Source of the DNA: a virus
Lineage: Duplodnaviria > Caudoviricetes
Direction: 5' to 3' (one strand)
DNA: 64,000 nucleotides
Virus record (IMG/VR): IMGVR_UViG_3300027917_000048
Coordinates: 813-64,812 of that record
Under the pieces are notes generated by a model. The model had not been told where the DNA came from, made no database searches, and saw only the letters and a list, made by a program, of their open reading frames with translations. Made by a program: the position numbers and the translations under genes. Below, piece by piece: positions 8,448 through 19,600 of this stretch (positions within the stretch are counted from its first letter, which is position 1; each line of letters opens with the position of its first letter).

Positions 8448-11400
8448 TATATATAATCATCCACTCTTATTATATTAATTTCGGAATCCGGTAAACCGAT
8501 TGAATAGTCTCTCCAGTAATTTTCATCTGGATTTTTTTGATAAAATGATTTTACCCCACTAACTGTATAAAAAAAGTAAGTACCTTCTGGAACATAATTA
8601 GTAGTCTCAAAGTGGGTTATTAATCCGCTAATAGCAACACCGCTGGCGACAGTAACCATATTAACCCAAGGAGTATCTAAATAGTATTCACTAGCTAATA
8701 TACCTTCTCTATTAGATATGCCTATATATCTTTCATAATCTTTTGGATTAAATTCTCCACTTACTGTTGGGAATGTACCGGGCTTAGGTAAATCAAACAC
8801 CCTAGCTTCAAATACTGGTTTTGGATCAGCATGGGTATAGAACGTATCTACTTCGTTTTGTATAGTAGCCCAAAAATCTAAGCTATCTGTACCATCATCG
8901 GGAGGTATATCATAAATAACTGTTGGAGAACCTTTAGATATATCTACTTTACATGGTTTTTGGGTAGTTTTTATTACCTCAAAAATTCCTATAGTTTGTT
9001 CTAATGATTCATCTGTAGCTGTTATTTTTGTTCCTAAATCTGTTGTAGACGTATGTTTTAATATAGTACCTTCAGGATAGTTATCAATTACTGTACCACT
9101 ACCCAACCTAGTAAAAGTATACGATCTAGTAACAATATACTGTCCAACAGGTCTTGGAGAATCTTCAAGAGATTGTTGTATTATAGTATTTGGTGGACAA
9201 ATTTGATCATATTTTGTAAAAGCTAAAATATATGAACTAGATGCTATTGTTGTATATAATTGTCCAGTTAAATCATCAGCAAACTCAGCCCCTAGAAACC
9301 CAGCCGTACTACAATCACTGAAGTCAGTAAATGTTCTATAACCAAAGGAAGCTCCCCAAGCTGGAGCGAGCCTAATTTGTCGCCAATGTCCTGCATCTGT
9401 ATCGTCTGGATCAATATAACCACTCCTTTCCCATCCGGGTGTTGTATATTTACCATGTATTTGACTAAATTGACCAACACCTACAAAAGATTTATTAGAG
9501 ATTATGTCAGGTTCTTTACCAATAGTTTCTGGACCTCCAGCTGCTGGATACCACCCCTCTGATTCGTGCCACCAATTACCACCATCAGATGCTGTAAAAT
9601 AAAATAAAGATAAATCTGGATAAGAAATGCCAAGGCTAAATCCTCTATAATAGTCATTTACATAAGCAAAACCATTAGACACCACATGATGTGATACAAA
9701 TCCAATAGCATATGATTTACCAATATTTGTATTGGATACCGGGTAGTATGTACACGCACTATTGCCTAAAACACTATCACTAAAACCGGAATAATAATCG
9801 GCATTAGCTGGCAAAGCATCTTCAAATTTATATAATGTATTAGGTCCTACTTTATAAGAAGCTCCGTATTCTGTTACAACCCAAGCAGCTGCTCTAATTT
9901 CGGTTGTTGTAGGTTCGGTGTGCCAACCAAAATAATAAAAATCCTCTAAATCTGTCCCAGCTAACCAACTAAGTCCATATACCAATGCCTTTCCTGTTGA
10001 AAAGAAATTTGCAGTACCTCCAGCCCCTTTATAACCAGAACCATCGCCATTCCATACCGTATTAGTAGTAAAAGAGCTGGAAATTAAATTTAATGTAGAC
10101 ATTCTTGTATGTCCGGCGGTATACCAAGCAATGGCAAGAGTATCTCCTATAATTCCACTACCATCTATCCTAAGATTTGTTCCAATTGACCTGCTACTTA
10201 TAGTATTTAATGAGGAATCTCCAAGAGTATATGTATAATGAAATAAAAAAGTTTCTGTAGGATAGGCATTATTTTCAAAAATCGCTATTATATCAAAAAC
10301 AGTACTTGTTCTTTGGTGAATATTCCAATTTATGTTATAAAGGTCTACTGAAGAACCTCCGTAGTTAGACCATTCTGGTTGCATTGCTATATCCCAAGTG
10401 GTTGTAGTAAGGGTATTCATGTCCACTTTAGATAAAACTCCTTTATATGTTGGATAAGTATCAATACAAAAATAATACCAAGTATTTCCTTCTTGATCAG
10501 TAATGGGATGAGTTTCATAATTTCCTTGAAAACCGCTTTGGTAAGATATTTCTGAACTAAGAATCGTTCCGTAACCGAATCCCATATTTACTGTTTTTGA
10601 ATCTGGAATAAATGGATCACCATTCCAACTAGTAGTTTTATTTATTGTTTTATAACCTCCCCCATTCTGTCTGAATTCACTTACAGCATCGGGTATGTAT
10701 CCAGGAGCTGGTGCATAACCAGAAACTGAAATTATATTATATTCGCCTGTAGACTCTAAATCATAAATACTGTATAGATTATCATAATCTCCAGCCCCAC
10801 CGCTCATTGTAACTTGCTCGGCTCTGATTAGAGTTTGTGCTCCAGTTAATTGTAATACCCAAGATAAACCAGATGGTACAACTCCAGAAGCCATTATTCC
10901 AGACACAGGTACATAATTATAGCCAACAACGATATTATCATTCATATCTGTACTACAAGCAACGGCTCTTAAGTCCATATTAGAATAAGTAGTACCATCC
11001 ACCCCTCTTAAATTTGGTGGTATGTATTTATTCCACGAACCTAGCTCAGAGCTTCTTGTATATAAATATCCGTCGTTAGATACAGCTGCAAAATTTCCAT
11101 TTCTTATCGCTAAATCTATTATATCTAAATCATCTAAGCCAGAGCTATCATTTCCCCAAGAAGATGAGTTTACATATTTTCTCCAAATACCATCACCAGC
11201 AGTACCTATATAAACGTAAAAGCCATCCTCAGTTGTTGGATAATTAGAGAAATAAGTAAACAATCTAGGACATTTCTTATTTATAGTTACTTTATAAACC
11301 AGTCCGTTTTGATCCATTGTAGCTGATAGTCCTGTAATCAATCCTCTTCCTGCCCAATATTTAGTAGTTACTTTTAGAATTTCGCCTAACTGAAGATTAT

Positions 11401-12226
11401 AATCATTTACTACTAATAAAGTTTTTTCATCCTTTATTTGAGTAAACTCTTTTAACATCATTTGTGCCAGCTCTAGTGCCTGATCATTGCTGAATATTGA
11501 ACTGTTAGATAATACTACAGCTCTTTTATCATTAGCATCGTAATTCCAAGGAGTGGGTACAGAAATATCTACAAAGACTTCCCCGTAAGTTGGGTTGGTA
11601 TTTCCCCAAACAACTGCTCTATTCCTAAGTCTTTCGTCATCAAGTTCTCTACCAATTTCTTGAATATCACCACTATCAATACTGTGATCTGGACTATTTA
11701 CATCTTTATTAAGATCACCTATTATGGCATCCCCATCGCTATCAAAGTACATATACCAACCAGATTGTTGCAATAAAGTAGTAATAGTATTGAAAGCAGA
11801 ATCAAACCCTAAAGAAGTGTTATTAGATAGTGGAGAACCATTCCCACTTACAGTAAAGGTATAAGATATTCCAGCTTCCGTAAGAAATTTCTCTATCCAA
11901 TATCTACCATACGATAAATAATCTATCGTATAACTATCAGTAATAAAATAATCTGATAATTTTTTAGAACCATCTGTAGCTCTTATATTTATAGTGCCTG
12001 TGTTAGCTGATTCTGCTGTAGAATCTATGTAGAACTTTCCTTTTTTATTTCCATTTTCCCAAATTTCAATTACATCCCAAGGTTTTAATGTTCTATTAAT
12101 ATTTAAAGGTACGATTAATTCCAAAGTTCCTATACCATTACAAATGTCATTCTCTCTATTATAGGAAATTGTAGAATTAGATATATCCGTTCCATCGTGT
12201 TTTACAACGACATTTAAAATACCCAT
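8447..12226 (-). CDS. Large tail tip/hub (central fibre) protein
   Basis: 1259 aa; N-terminal hub-like region (RLRNRAVVWG) followed by beta-propeller-like repeats (YIGTAGDGIW); downstream of TMP. Confidence 0.65.
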   Translation of the reverse strand: MGILNVVVKHDGTDISNSTISYNRENDICNGIGTLELIVPLNINRTLKPWDVIEIWENGNKKGKFYIDSTAESANTGTINIRATDGSKKLSDYFITDSYTIDYLSYGRYWIEKFLTEAGISYTFTVSGNGSPLSNNTSLGFDSAFNTITTLLQQSGWYMYFDSDGDAIIGDLNKDVNSPDHSIDSGDIQEIGRELDDERLRNRAVVWGNTNPTYGEVFVDISVPTPWNYDANDKRAVVLSNSSIFSNDQALELAQMMLKEFTQIKDEKTLLVVNDYNLQLGEILKVTTKYWAGRGLITGLSATMDQNGLVYKVTINKKCPRLFTYFSNYPTTEDGFYVYIGTAGDGIWRKYVNSSSWGNDSSGLDDLDIIDLAIRNGNFAAVSNDGYLYTRSSELGSWNKYIPPNLRGVDGTTYSNMDLRAVACSTDMNDNIVVGYNYVPVSGIMASGVVPSGLSWVLQLTGAQTLIRAEQVTMSGGAGDYDNLYSIYDLESTGEYNIISVSGYAPAPGYIPDAVSEFRQNGGGYKTINKTTSWNGDPFIPDSKTVNMGFGYGTILSSEISYQSGFQGNYETHPITDQEGNTWYYFCIDTYPTYKGVLSKVDMNTLTTTTWDIAMQPEWSNYGGSSVDLYNINWNIHQRTSTVFDIIAIFENNAYPTETFLFHYTYTLGDSSLNTISSRSIGTNLRIDGSGIIGDTLAIAWYTAGHTRMSTLNLISSSFTTNTVWNGDGSGYKGAGGTANFFSTGKALVYGLSWLAGTDLEDFYYFGWHTEPTTTEIRAAAWVVTEYGASYKVGPNTLYKFEDALPANADYYSGFSDSVLGNSACTYYPVSNTNIGKSYAIGFVSHHVVSNGFAYVNDYYRGFSLGISYPDLSLFYFTASDGGNWWHESEGWYPAAGGPETIGKEPDIISNKSFVGVGQFSQIHGKYTTPGWERSGYIDPDDTDAGHWRQIRLAPAWGASFGYRTFTDFSDCSTAGFLGAEFADDLTGQLYTTIASSSYILAFTKYDQICPPNTIIQQSLEDSPRPVGQYIVTRSYTFTRLGSGTVIDNYPEGTILKHTSTTDLGTKITATDESLEQTIGIFEVIKTTQKPCKVDISKGSPTVIYDIPPDDGTDSLDFWATIQNEVDTFYTHADPKPVFEARVFDLPKPGTFPTVSGEFNPKDYERYIGISNREGILASEYYLDTPWVNMVTVASGVAISGLITHFETTNYVPEGTYFFYTVSGVKSFYQKNPDENYWRDYSIGLPDSEINIIRVDDYI

Positions 12227-12227
12227 A

Positions 12228-13271
12228 TTAAATCCTTAATTCTAAGTTTGTAAAATAACCCTCTCTACCCCATTGGTGTTCAGCCATGTAAATATACCAA
12301 TTACCAGAAAGTCCTAAGAAATCCTCATCTACTGTAACTACTTTTCTAGCTAATAGTTTTGAATTTCCTTCTGTTTGGAATTGAGCTGATACTCCTAATC
12401 TATTATAGAGTGCTAGGTTATAACTAGCTGAATTGGTTGCCATGCTTTGATTATCAATAATGCTTGATACTAAAGCCATTGCTTTATAAAACTGTGTTGG
12501 AGTTGTTGGTAAAATATTTTCCATAGTATCTGTAAGAGGATTGTATGATGTCGCACTTTTAGCTTCTGCATAAATTCCTGTAGCTCCATGCACCACTACT
12601 CTATTTCTCAAATCTCTATCAGATTCAGTTTTTATTGAATTTAAAACTATACTATCATTTAATGTTACACCAGAAATTGGGGTATCAGCTTCATCGCCTA
12701 CTTGTCCAGAAGTACCATCCATAGGATAAGGTTTTCTATTTCTGAACTGTATAGCACCAGTTTCGTCTATCCACAATTGCCATGCTAAAAGGTCTGCTAT
12801 AGTTTTACAAAAGTCATAAGCTCCTACTAGTTTTACCTCTACATCGTTTCCTGATTTAGTTGCAAAGCTAAAGGCACTTCCACCAGAAGGAGTATTAACC
12901 GTCCCAGTTAATCCTGCTAAAGATAAAATATTATGAATCAAATCCTCTGCTTTAATGTTATGCCACTTATAAGAATCATCTGGATTAGTCGGTACAATGA
13001 AAAAATCTATCGCTCTTACCAGATCATCTTTAGCTATAATTGTATATAAATCATCTGGCACTTGTCTCACTATATTTTTAACATAGCCCTTGAAAACTCT
13101 ATTATAATCGCCAACATATCCTAAGTCTATAGTAATATTATCACCTATATTTACTGTTTTACTGGTTGCTACGATTTGTGCGGTGGCTGTACTACTATTA
13201 TGACTATTAGATACAGTAATACTTAATGGGTTTGTTATTCCAGTAACACTGGCATAGAGAGTTTTAGACAT
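12228..13271 (-). CDS. Baseplate hub (gp27/Tal-like) protein
   Basis: IDLGY..VFKGYV, DLRNRVVVHG, G.WYI...H hub pattern; second gene after TMP. Confidence 0.6.
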   Translation of the reverse strand: MSKTLYASVTGITNPLSITVSNSHNSSTATAQIVATSKTVNIGDNITIDLGYVGDYNRVFKGYVKNIVRQVPDDLYTIIAKDDLVRAIDFFIVPTNPDDSYKWHNIKAEDLIHNILSLAGLTGTVNTPSGGSAFSFATKSGNDVEVKLVGAYDFCKTIADLLAWQLWIDETGAIQFRNRKPYPMDGTSGQVGDEADTPISGVTLNDSIVLNSIKTESDRDLRNRVVVHGATGIYAEAKSATSYNPLTDTMENILPTTPTQFYKAMALVSSIIDNQSMATNSASYNLALYNRLGVSAQFQTEGNSKLLARKVVTVDEDFLGLSGNWYIYMAEHQWGREGYFTNLELRI

Positions 13272-13626
13272 CTTCCCACAGCTCCAAGTCTACAATAAAT
13301 ACTGGTGCATCTTCATCTAAATCTGGTCTAAGAGTTTGGCAAGAAACAAAGGGAACTTGATCAGAAGCTACTGATTTAATTAGATAATCTTTAGCTCCGT
13401 AAGGACCAGAAAGAGTATAAAAAATTCCAGATACAGTCATAGCAGCTAGAGCCGATTCGTCAGCTGTACCAACTATATAAGCATTTACATTTCTTATTTC
13501 TTCCTCATGTCCAAAATTATGAACTATAGTGCCTCCACCCAAGGGATTTAATCTTGCTGAAATTTGTTCCCAGCTTTTATTACTTGCTTGTGGAAAAATT
13601 CTTACACTACCTAAATACCAAGCCAT
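13264..13626 (-). CDS. Putative distal tail protein
   Basis: 120 aa immediately after TMP; call rests on synteny. Confidence 0.45.
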   Translation of the reverse strand: MAWYLGSVRIFPQASNKSWEQISARLNPLGGGTIVHNFGHEEEIRNVNAYIVGTADESALAAMTVSGIFYTLSGPYGAKDYLIKSVASDQVPFVSCQTLRPDLDEDAPVFIVDLELWEDV

Positions 13627-13634
13627 AAGTCCTC

Positions 13635-16600
13635 CTAGACTACTATACTCTTAGTTACGCTTGCAGCTGTATCTTCAAATCTAATCATATCTGTATATAA
13701 GTAAGGTTTAATTACTTGTGCTAATACCCTTCCATCTACTATTAAGTTCGCAGTATAGTTTGATGAAATTTTTAGATTAGTTGAAAATCCACTAAGATTT
13801 GAAATCTTTTGATTTAATAAATCTAACATACCACTAAAATCCGTTGCTAAATCAGATGTTGGTTGCTGTGGTCCGAGCATTTGGTACTGTGGTTGTAATG
13901 TCATTATATCAGCGAAATTAGAGAGCTTATCAGCTGCTGAATCTAATTTACTAAAATTAAATTGTGGTCCAATACCAGCACCCTGACCAATAGTAGAAAT
14001 ACCACCACCACTTATTAATTGTTGTAGAATTTCTGGAATACTTTCAAAATTAAATAGATTTTTTGCAAAGATACCAGTTACATTCTGTAACTCTCTTATA
14101 AAACCAGCTATTTGTTCTCCACCCGGTATAATGGAGAAAATATCTGGAGGAGGAGCCTCCGAACCCTGTCCAATTACTCTACCCGGTCTTTCTAGTCCAG
14201 TTTGAGAATATACCAATTCTTCTTCTAATTGCCCTATTAAGTTGCTAACTCCCTGATCAAATACTTCTACACTCTGTCCAAACTTATCTACAGATGTTTC
14301 CTGTTTATTAGCATAGTCCTGTAGATTCTTTTCTCCACCAATTAATGCTGGTCTTAGATAATCTTCTAAATTCTTTTCTCCACCAATTAATGCAGCTCCA
14401 TAATCCGGTGGTTTGTATTCTGGTCCGTATTCTGGAAGTTCAAATTTTGGATAAAAAGCCTCGAATTCTGTAGGTCTATCGGCTCTTTGTGCTCCAAAGT
14501 TTTCAAACATAAATTGTTCGAGAGTGCCTCCCCAATCTTCACCTGGGTCTAATGATTTTATTTCTCTAGCTGCGTCTGATAAATCATCAGCTGCACCAGA
14601 TAAAGCACCAGCAGCTCCTCCAAGTCCTCCACCACCCTCATCAAATCCAAGCTCATATCCTTGGAATGGTACATAGAAGCTGGCATCTGTTGGTAGGTTA
14701 TAAACACCTTGAAGTTGTTTTTCATTAACATCAATTAGATCATTCATTGCTAATTGCATAGCAAGGTTATCTAAGTGAAGTACATCTGTACCATCTTGGA
14801 AAATAATACCAATAGTTTCTAGTGTTGGTTGCCAATATGAACCAAAGGCATCCTTTAGAAATGCCAATTGTCTATTATAAGAAGCTTCAAAAGCTGCTTG
14901 GGTCATGTCTACGCTTTGTATTCTAAATCTACTAGGTTCTGGCGTAGGAGGAGCAATTGCCTCCTCTCCTCTTAATTTTTCTATGGCTTCTGGAAATAAT
15001 GAAAGTACTACATCAAATTCTGATTTAAGAGCTGCACCAGCAGCTTCAGCAAAAGCAACTCCCAATAAAGTACCGCTTTCAATTACTTCTTGTAAAGTAG
15101 TATTACCTGGAATCAGCCCTAATTCAACATATTCTCGAATTCTTTCTTCTAACATTCTTAGAGCTTCTTCTCTTACAATCTCAAACTCTTGTGGTTTAAT
15201 ATCAAGTACTTCTGGAGCTTCTGTAGCAAACTGAATTAATGGTTGTCGTTGTGCTTCCCTGATTTGATTGAAAACCTGTTCTAGTTCAAAAGCAGCTTGT
15301 TTTAATTCCTCTTCTTTTATTAAGACAAGTTCAGTATCGCCTTCAGCAGTTAAATCTCTAATTTGATCTTTTAGATCAGCTATGCCACTAGTAAGGTTTG
15401 TAATTATATTTATTTCTTCAGAACTGGTTCTTGAAACTACATCTAAAACTAATAAAAGAGAATCAGCACTATTACCAAGAACATCATCCATAGCAGTAAA
15501 TATCTGCATAATGGCTTCGCCCTCTTGCCCCATTCTTTCCATAGATTCATTATATTGTTTTATTGTAATATCGCCATTTATTAATTCTTCATTAAATTCT
15601 GTTTGAGCTACTTTTATTTCACTTTTTAGAAGATCGCCGTATTCTTTCATATTTTCTGTTAATTCTGATTTAAATACAGTACCTTCCGGTTCTACCCCTT
15701 TCCCCAAGTCTTCTAATGCTTTATTTGTTTCTAAAATTTCTGCTCTTAGTTCTTTATATCCTTCTATCTGCAATTTTATATCTTCATCAGAAACTAATAT
15801 ACCATATCCGGGTAAACCTAACTCACCTGCTCTTTCACGAACCCCACCAGTACCTCCTCTATCATAAGCTGTAATTAGTTGTTCCATAGCACCACCAGCA
15901 AATTGCGTTGCTGTTAGTTCATCTCCCCATCTAGTAGGAATACCAACTAATTCCCTAATAAAGTTTTCAGTACTTTTTTCCCAAAGAATGAGTCCTGTTG
16001 TCCACTCACTGCCTATTGTTCTTTGTAAATCTCTATTTAATTTTTCTTGTTTTTCAAGTAATCTTTCTTCTCTAGTTTGATCAGGCGTTTCAGGTTCTTC
16101 TATAGCTCCAGCAAATATTCCTTTAAAAGCATCTTTTAATTCACCGGAAGTACCAGCTTCGGCTAAACCATTAATTACAGCTTCAGCAATAGTAGAACCT
16201 ATAATAGCTCCCAACGGTCCTCCTATTATAGAAATCTTACCAATTAGAAATCCAGCAATACCTCCACCAATTTGTCCACCAAGACCGTCCCAATCATCGT
16301 CTGCTACATTCATAAAAGCTAGAACGCCCTGTCCCATTAACATTCCAATATTAGCTGCGTTGTTTGTTACCCACCCACCAAATGCCTGTCCCATAGTTTT
16401 ACCATATATGGAATAATTCTGATAATCACTTATTGGCATTGGTTGTGTGTTTGGTCTTAACTGTTGTCCAAAAGAAGTTCTTCCAAGTAACCCTCCAGCA
16501 AGACCACCAATTTGTCCCGGTAATTGCCTAAGTCTGCCAGTACTTGAACCGTAAGCTAATAAACCACCACCAGCTACTAAATAAGGGGCAGCTTTGCCCA

Positions 16601-19600
16601 TTACAGAAACAAAATCACCAATTTTATCAACTACAGAATCTAAAATATCAATAAAGAATTTTAATAAATCTAATACCCCACCTTCTGTACCCATAGTATT
16701 AGCCAGTTCTTGGAAGCTTGTAGCTAGGTTAGTTAGCGAAGTCTGTACTGTATCCATCTTTACGCCCAAAGCATCGTAAGCGTCAGCTTGTGCTTCAGCT
16801 GATACAGTAACTAATCCTTGTACTTCATCTAAGCTTTTTAGGAAAGTGGTGAACTGTGCTCCTCTTCTTGCTCCTCTACCTCCTAAAGCAGTACCAATTC
16901 TATTTAATTCAGCATCATCAATGAGTCCAGCATCCATTAATTCTTTTATGTCATACATAACTGACATAAAGTTCCTAGAATCGCCGTTCAAATCTTCGAC
17001 AGCAATTCCAAATTTGGCTAACTCCTCTCTAGCATTATCTGTTTGAAAACCAGATACAAATGCTCTTACAGCATTACCAGCCTGTGTAGCTGATAATTCT
17101 GTATTAGCTGCAACTACAGCAACAATAGCATTTAGCTCATCAAAGCTAAGTCCAACACCCTCAGCTGCTGTTGCCATAATAGCAAAAGAAGTTGCTAAAG
17201 TATCTACAGTAACATTAGCTGCTTTAGATACTGCAACCCATTTATTTAATAATTCAGCACCCTGATCTAAATTGTACCCAACTTGTAGCAAACCAGCAAC
17301 CAAAGTGTCCATAGCCTCGGCTTGATCTAAAGTTGATAGTTTAGATAATACCAAAGAATCTACTAATAATTGATTTGCTACAGCAGTTCTTTCAGTTTCT
17401 GTAGCTAAACTTCCTGTAGCACGGTAGGCTAGAGCATATCCCTCGATAACTCCATTTAAACTTTCTCCAGTAGCTTTAGCTGCTGAAACAGCATCTGAAA
17501 ATACTCCCTGTAATTCTGCTGTATTTTTTCCTAGTACTACGCCTATATCAGCAAGTTTAGATTCATTATCTATTGAAATTTGAATAAGGTCTTGCAATTT
17601 TCTTAGAGGACCGTATACAGCTGTAATGGCAACAGCCCACTTAAAGCTTTCTCCTACATTTCTAGCAATACCACCAGCAAAGGTTCTAAATCTTCTTTGT
17701 GTATCTGTAAGTACTTTTCCGAACTCAGTAACATGAAGAGTAAGTTTTTGTGTAGCTCCTCCCTGACTGTCCATCGCAAAGTCTAAACGAGTAATGCCAG
17801 TAGATGCCTCTGTGGTCATTTTCTTTAGCTGGGAAATTTCAAAACCATATTTCTCCAGCATTTTATTTACATTATCTATAGCACCAACTCTTCCAGCCAG
17901 TTGATCTGTAAAGTCTTGCATAGATACTTTTACTTCATCTACAGGCAACTGTTTCATTACGTTGCCCATCTGATCAAAGTAAACTACATATGCTTTTGTA
18001 GTGCCTCCAGCAGCTTTTATTGTACCAGTTAGTTGTGTTATTTCATCATTTATTTCTTTTATTCTAACAGAGGAGAGTCCTTTTCCTTCATCAAAAGTCT
18101 CTCCAGTAATAGATTCTATGGCACTTTCTGGTACTTGAAATGATTCTAAATCTTTTATAAAATCTTCTAATGGATTAGTTGCTGTAGCTTCGCTAAGACT
18201 TCTGAAGCTTTCTCCCAAATCATTTATTACAAAGACAAGCTTCTTAGATGCATCTTCTCCATATTGGACAGTAGTAGAATATTGTGTAAGGTTATCTGCA
18301 ACATCTGATATATTAATCTTACTGAAATCTGTAGCACCCTGATCAAAAGTCTCTCCTACTAGGTCATCTATTACATTTTGTGGTATTCCCTGTTGTGCTA
18401 ATACAGCTATAAATCTTTCTACTGGAGGAATAGTATCTTCTGTAGCTTCTTTAAAATTGATAAGTTTTCTTGTTACTTCATCTATTTCAAAAGAAAAATT
18501 TCTACCAAATCCAGCTAAATCTCTCGAAGTTACATTTAAAGCTTCGGCTCCTGCTTTTGATTTACTGTAAGTACCACTTAATCTATTTAATTCAGCATCT
18601 AGATGTATAAAGGTACTTATTACTTCTTCTATAGATTCTTTTGCTATTCCAAGATTTTCTAAATTATCTCTTAATCTTACTATCTGTTCAGAGTTTTTTC
18701 TTAGCACTACGAAGCTGTTTGCAAATTTTTCAATTTCTTCGTTTGGTAATCCTAATTCACTAAGTTCTTGAAATAATCTTGCTGGAGATTCAATTTTTCC
18801 AAGATCATCGAAATGTCTAAGTATTCTTTCTATAGATTCTTCTGGTAATCCGACCCCTCTAAGACCTTCCTCCAGAAACTGCATTTCTAAATTAAAGTTT
18901 GATAAAGCATACCCAGTACTACTTAATTGATCTTCAAATCCTTTTAGCTTTTCTGTAAAAGTTTCTGCTGAAATAGCATTAGTATTAATTTGGTTTGTTA
19001 ATTCTTCAAAAGGAAGGGCTTCTTCTGTTCTAATTGCATTAAAAGCATCGCTTAGAGCTTTTACCGTATTAATTTGTTGCTCAGATATTACTGTTCTATT
19101 TTCTAAATCTTTTATAAAAGCCACAAAAGCTTTTATATTCTCTATTGGGAAAGCATCAATTCCTGTCAGTCTTTTGAATTCTTCACCAATTCTTTGTATA
19201 TTTACATCTTCTAGATTACTTATAGATTCACCAAGTTTACGAATATCCCTAGTTGCTATAGAAGAGGTATCAGTTATTATATTAAAAGCTTTCTCTAATA
19301 CAGAAATAGTTTCTTGTGATTTACCAGCTGATATATCAAATTTAGATAAAGCTTCTGCAAAAGATTTTATATTTTCTACTGGAAAAGTCGATCCTGTTTT
19401 GCTTATTTCTTTGAATTCTTCTGATAATTTAGATAAATCAGTATCTGAAAGTTTTAGAATTTCTTCACCAAGAACAGAAATTAATCTTGGTATTTCTCCC
19501 AAGTCTCTTAAATTTTCTATAGCTTTTATAATATTTTCAAGTACTTCTACTCTGCTTGGGTCTTTACTTAATATTTCCTCAATATTTTCTGAAAAAGATT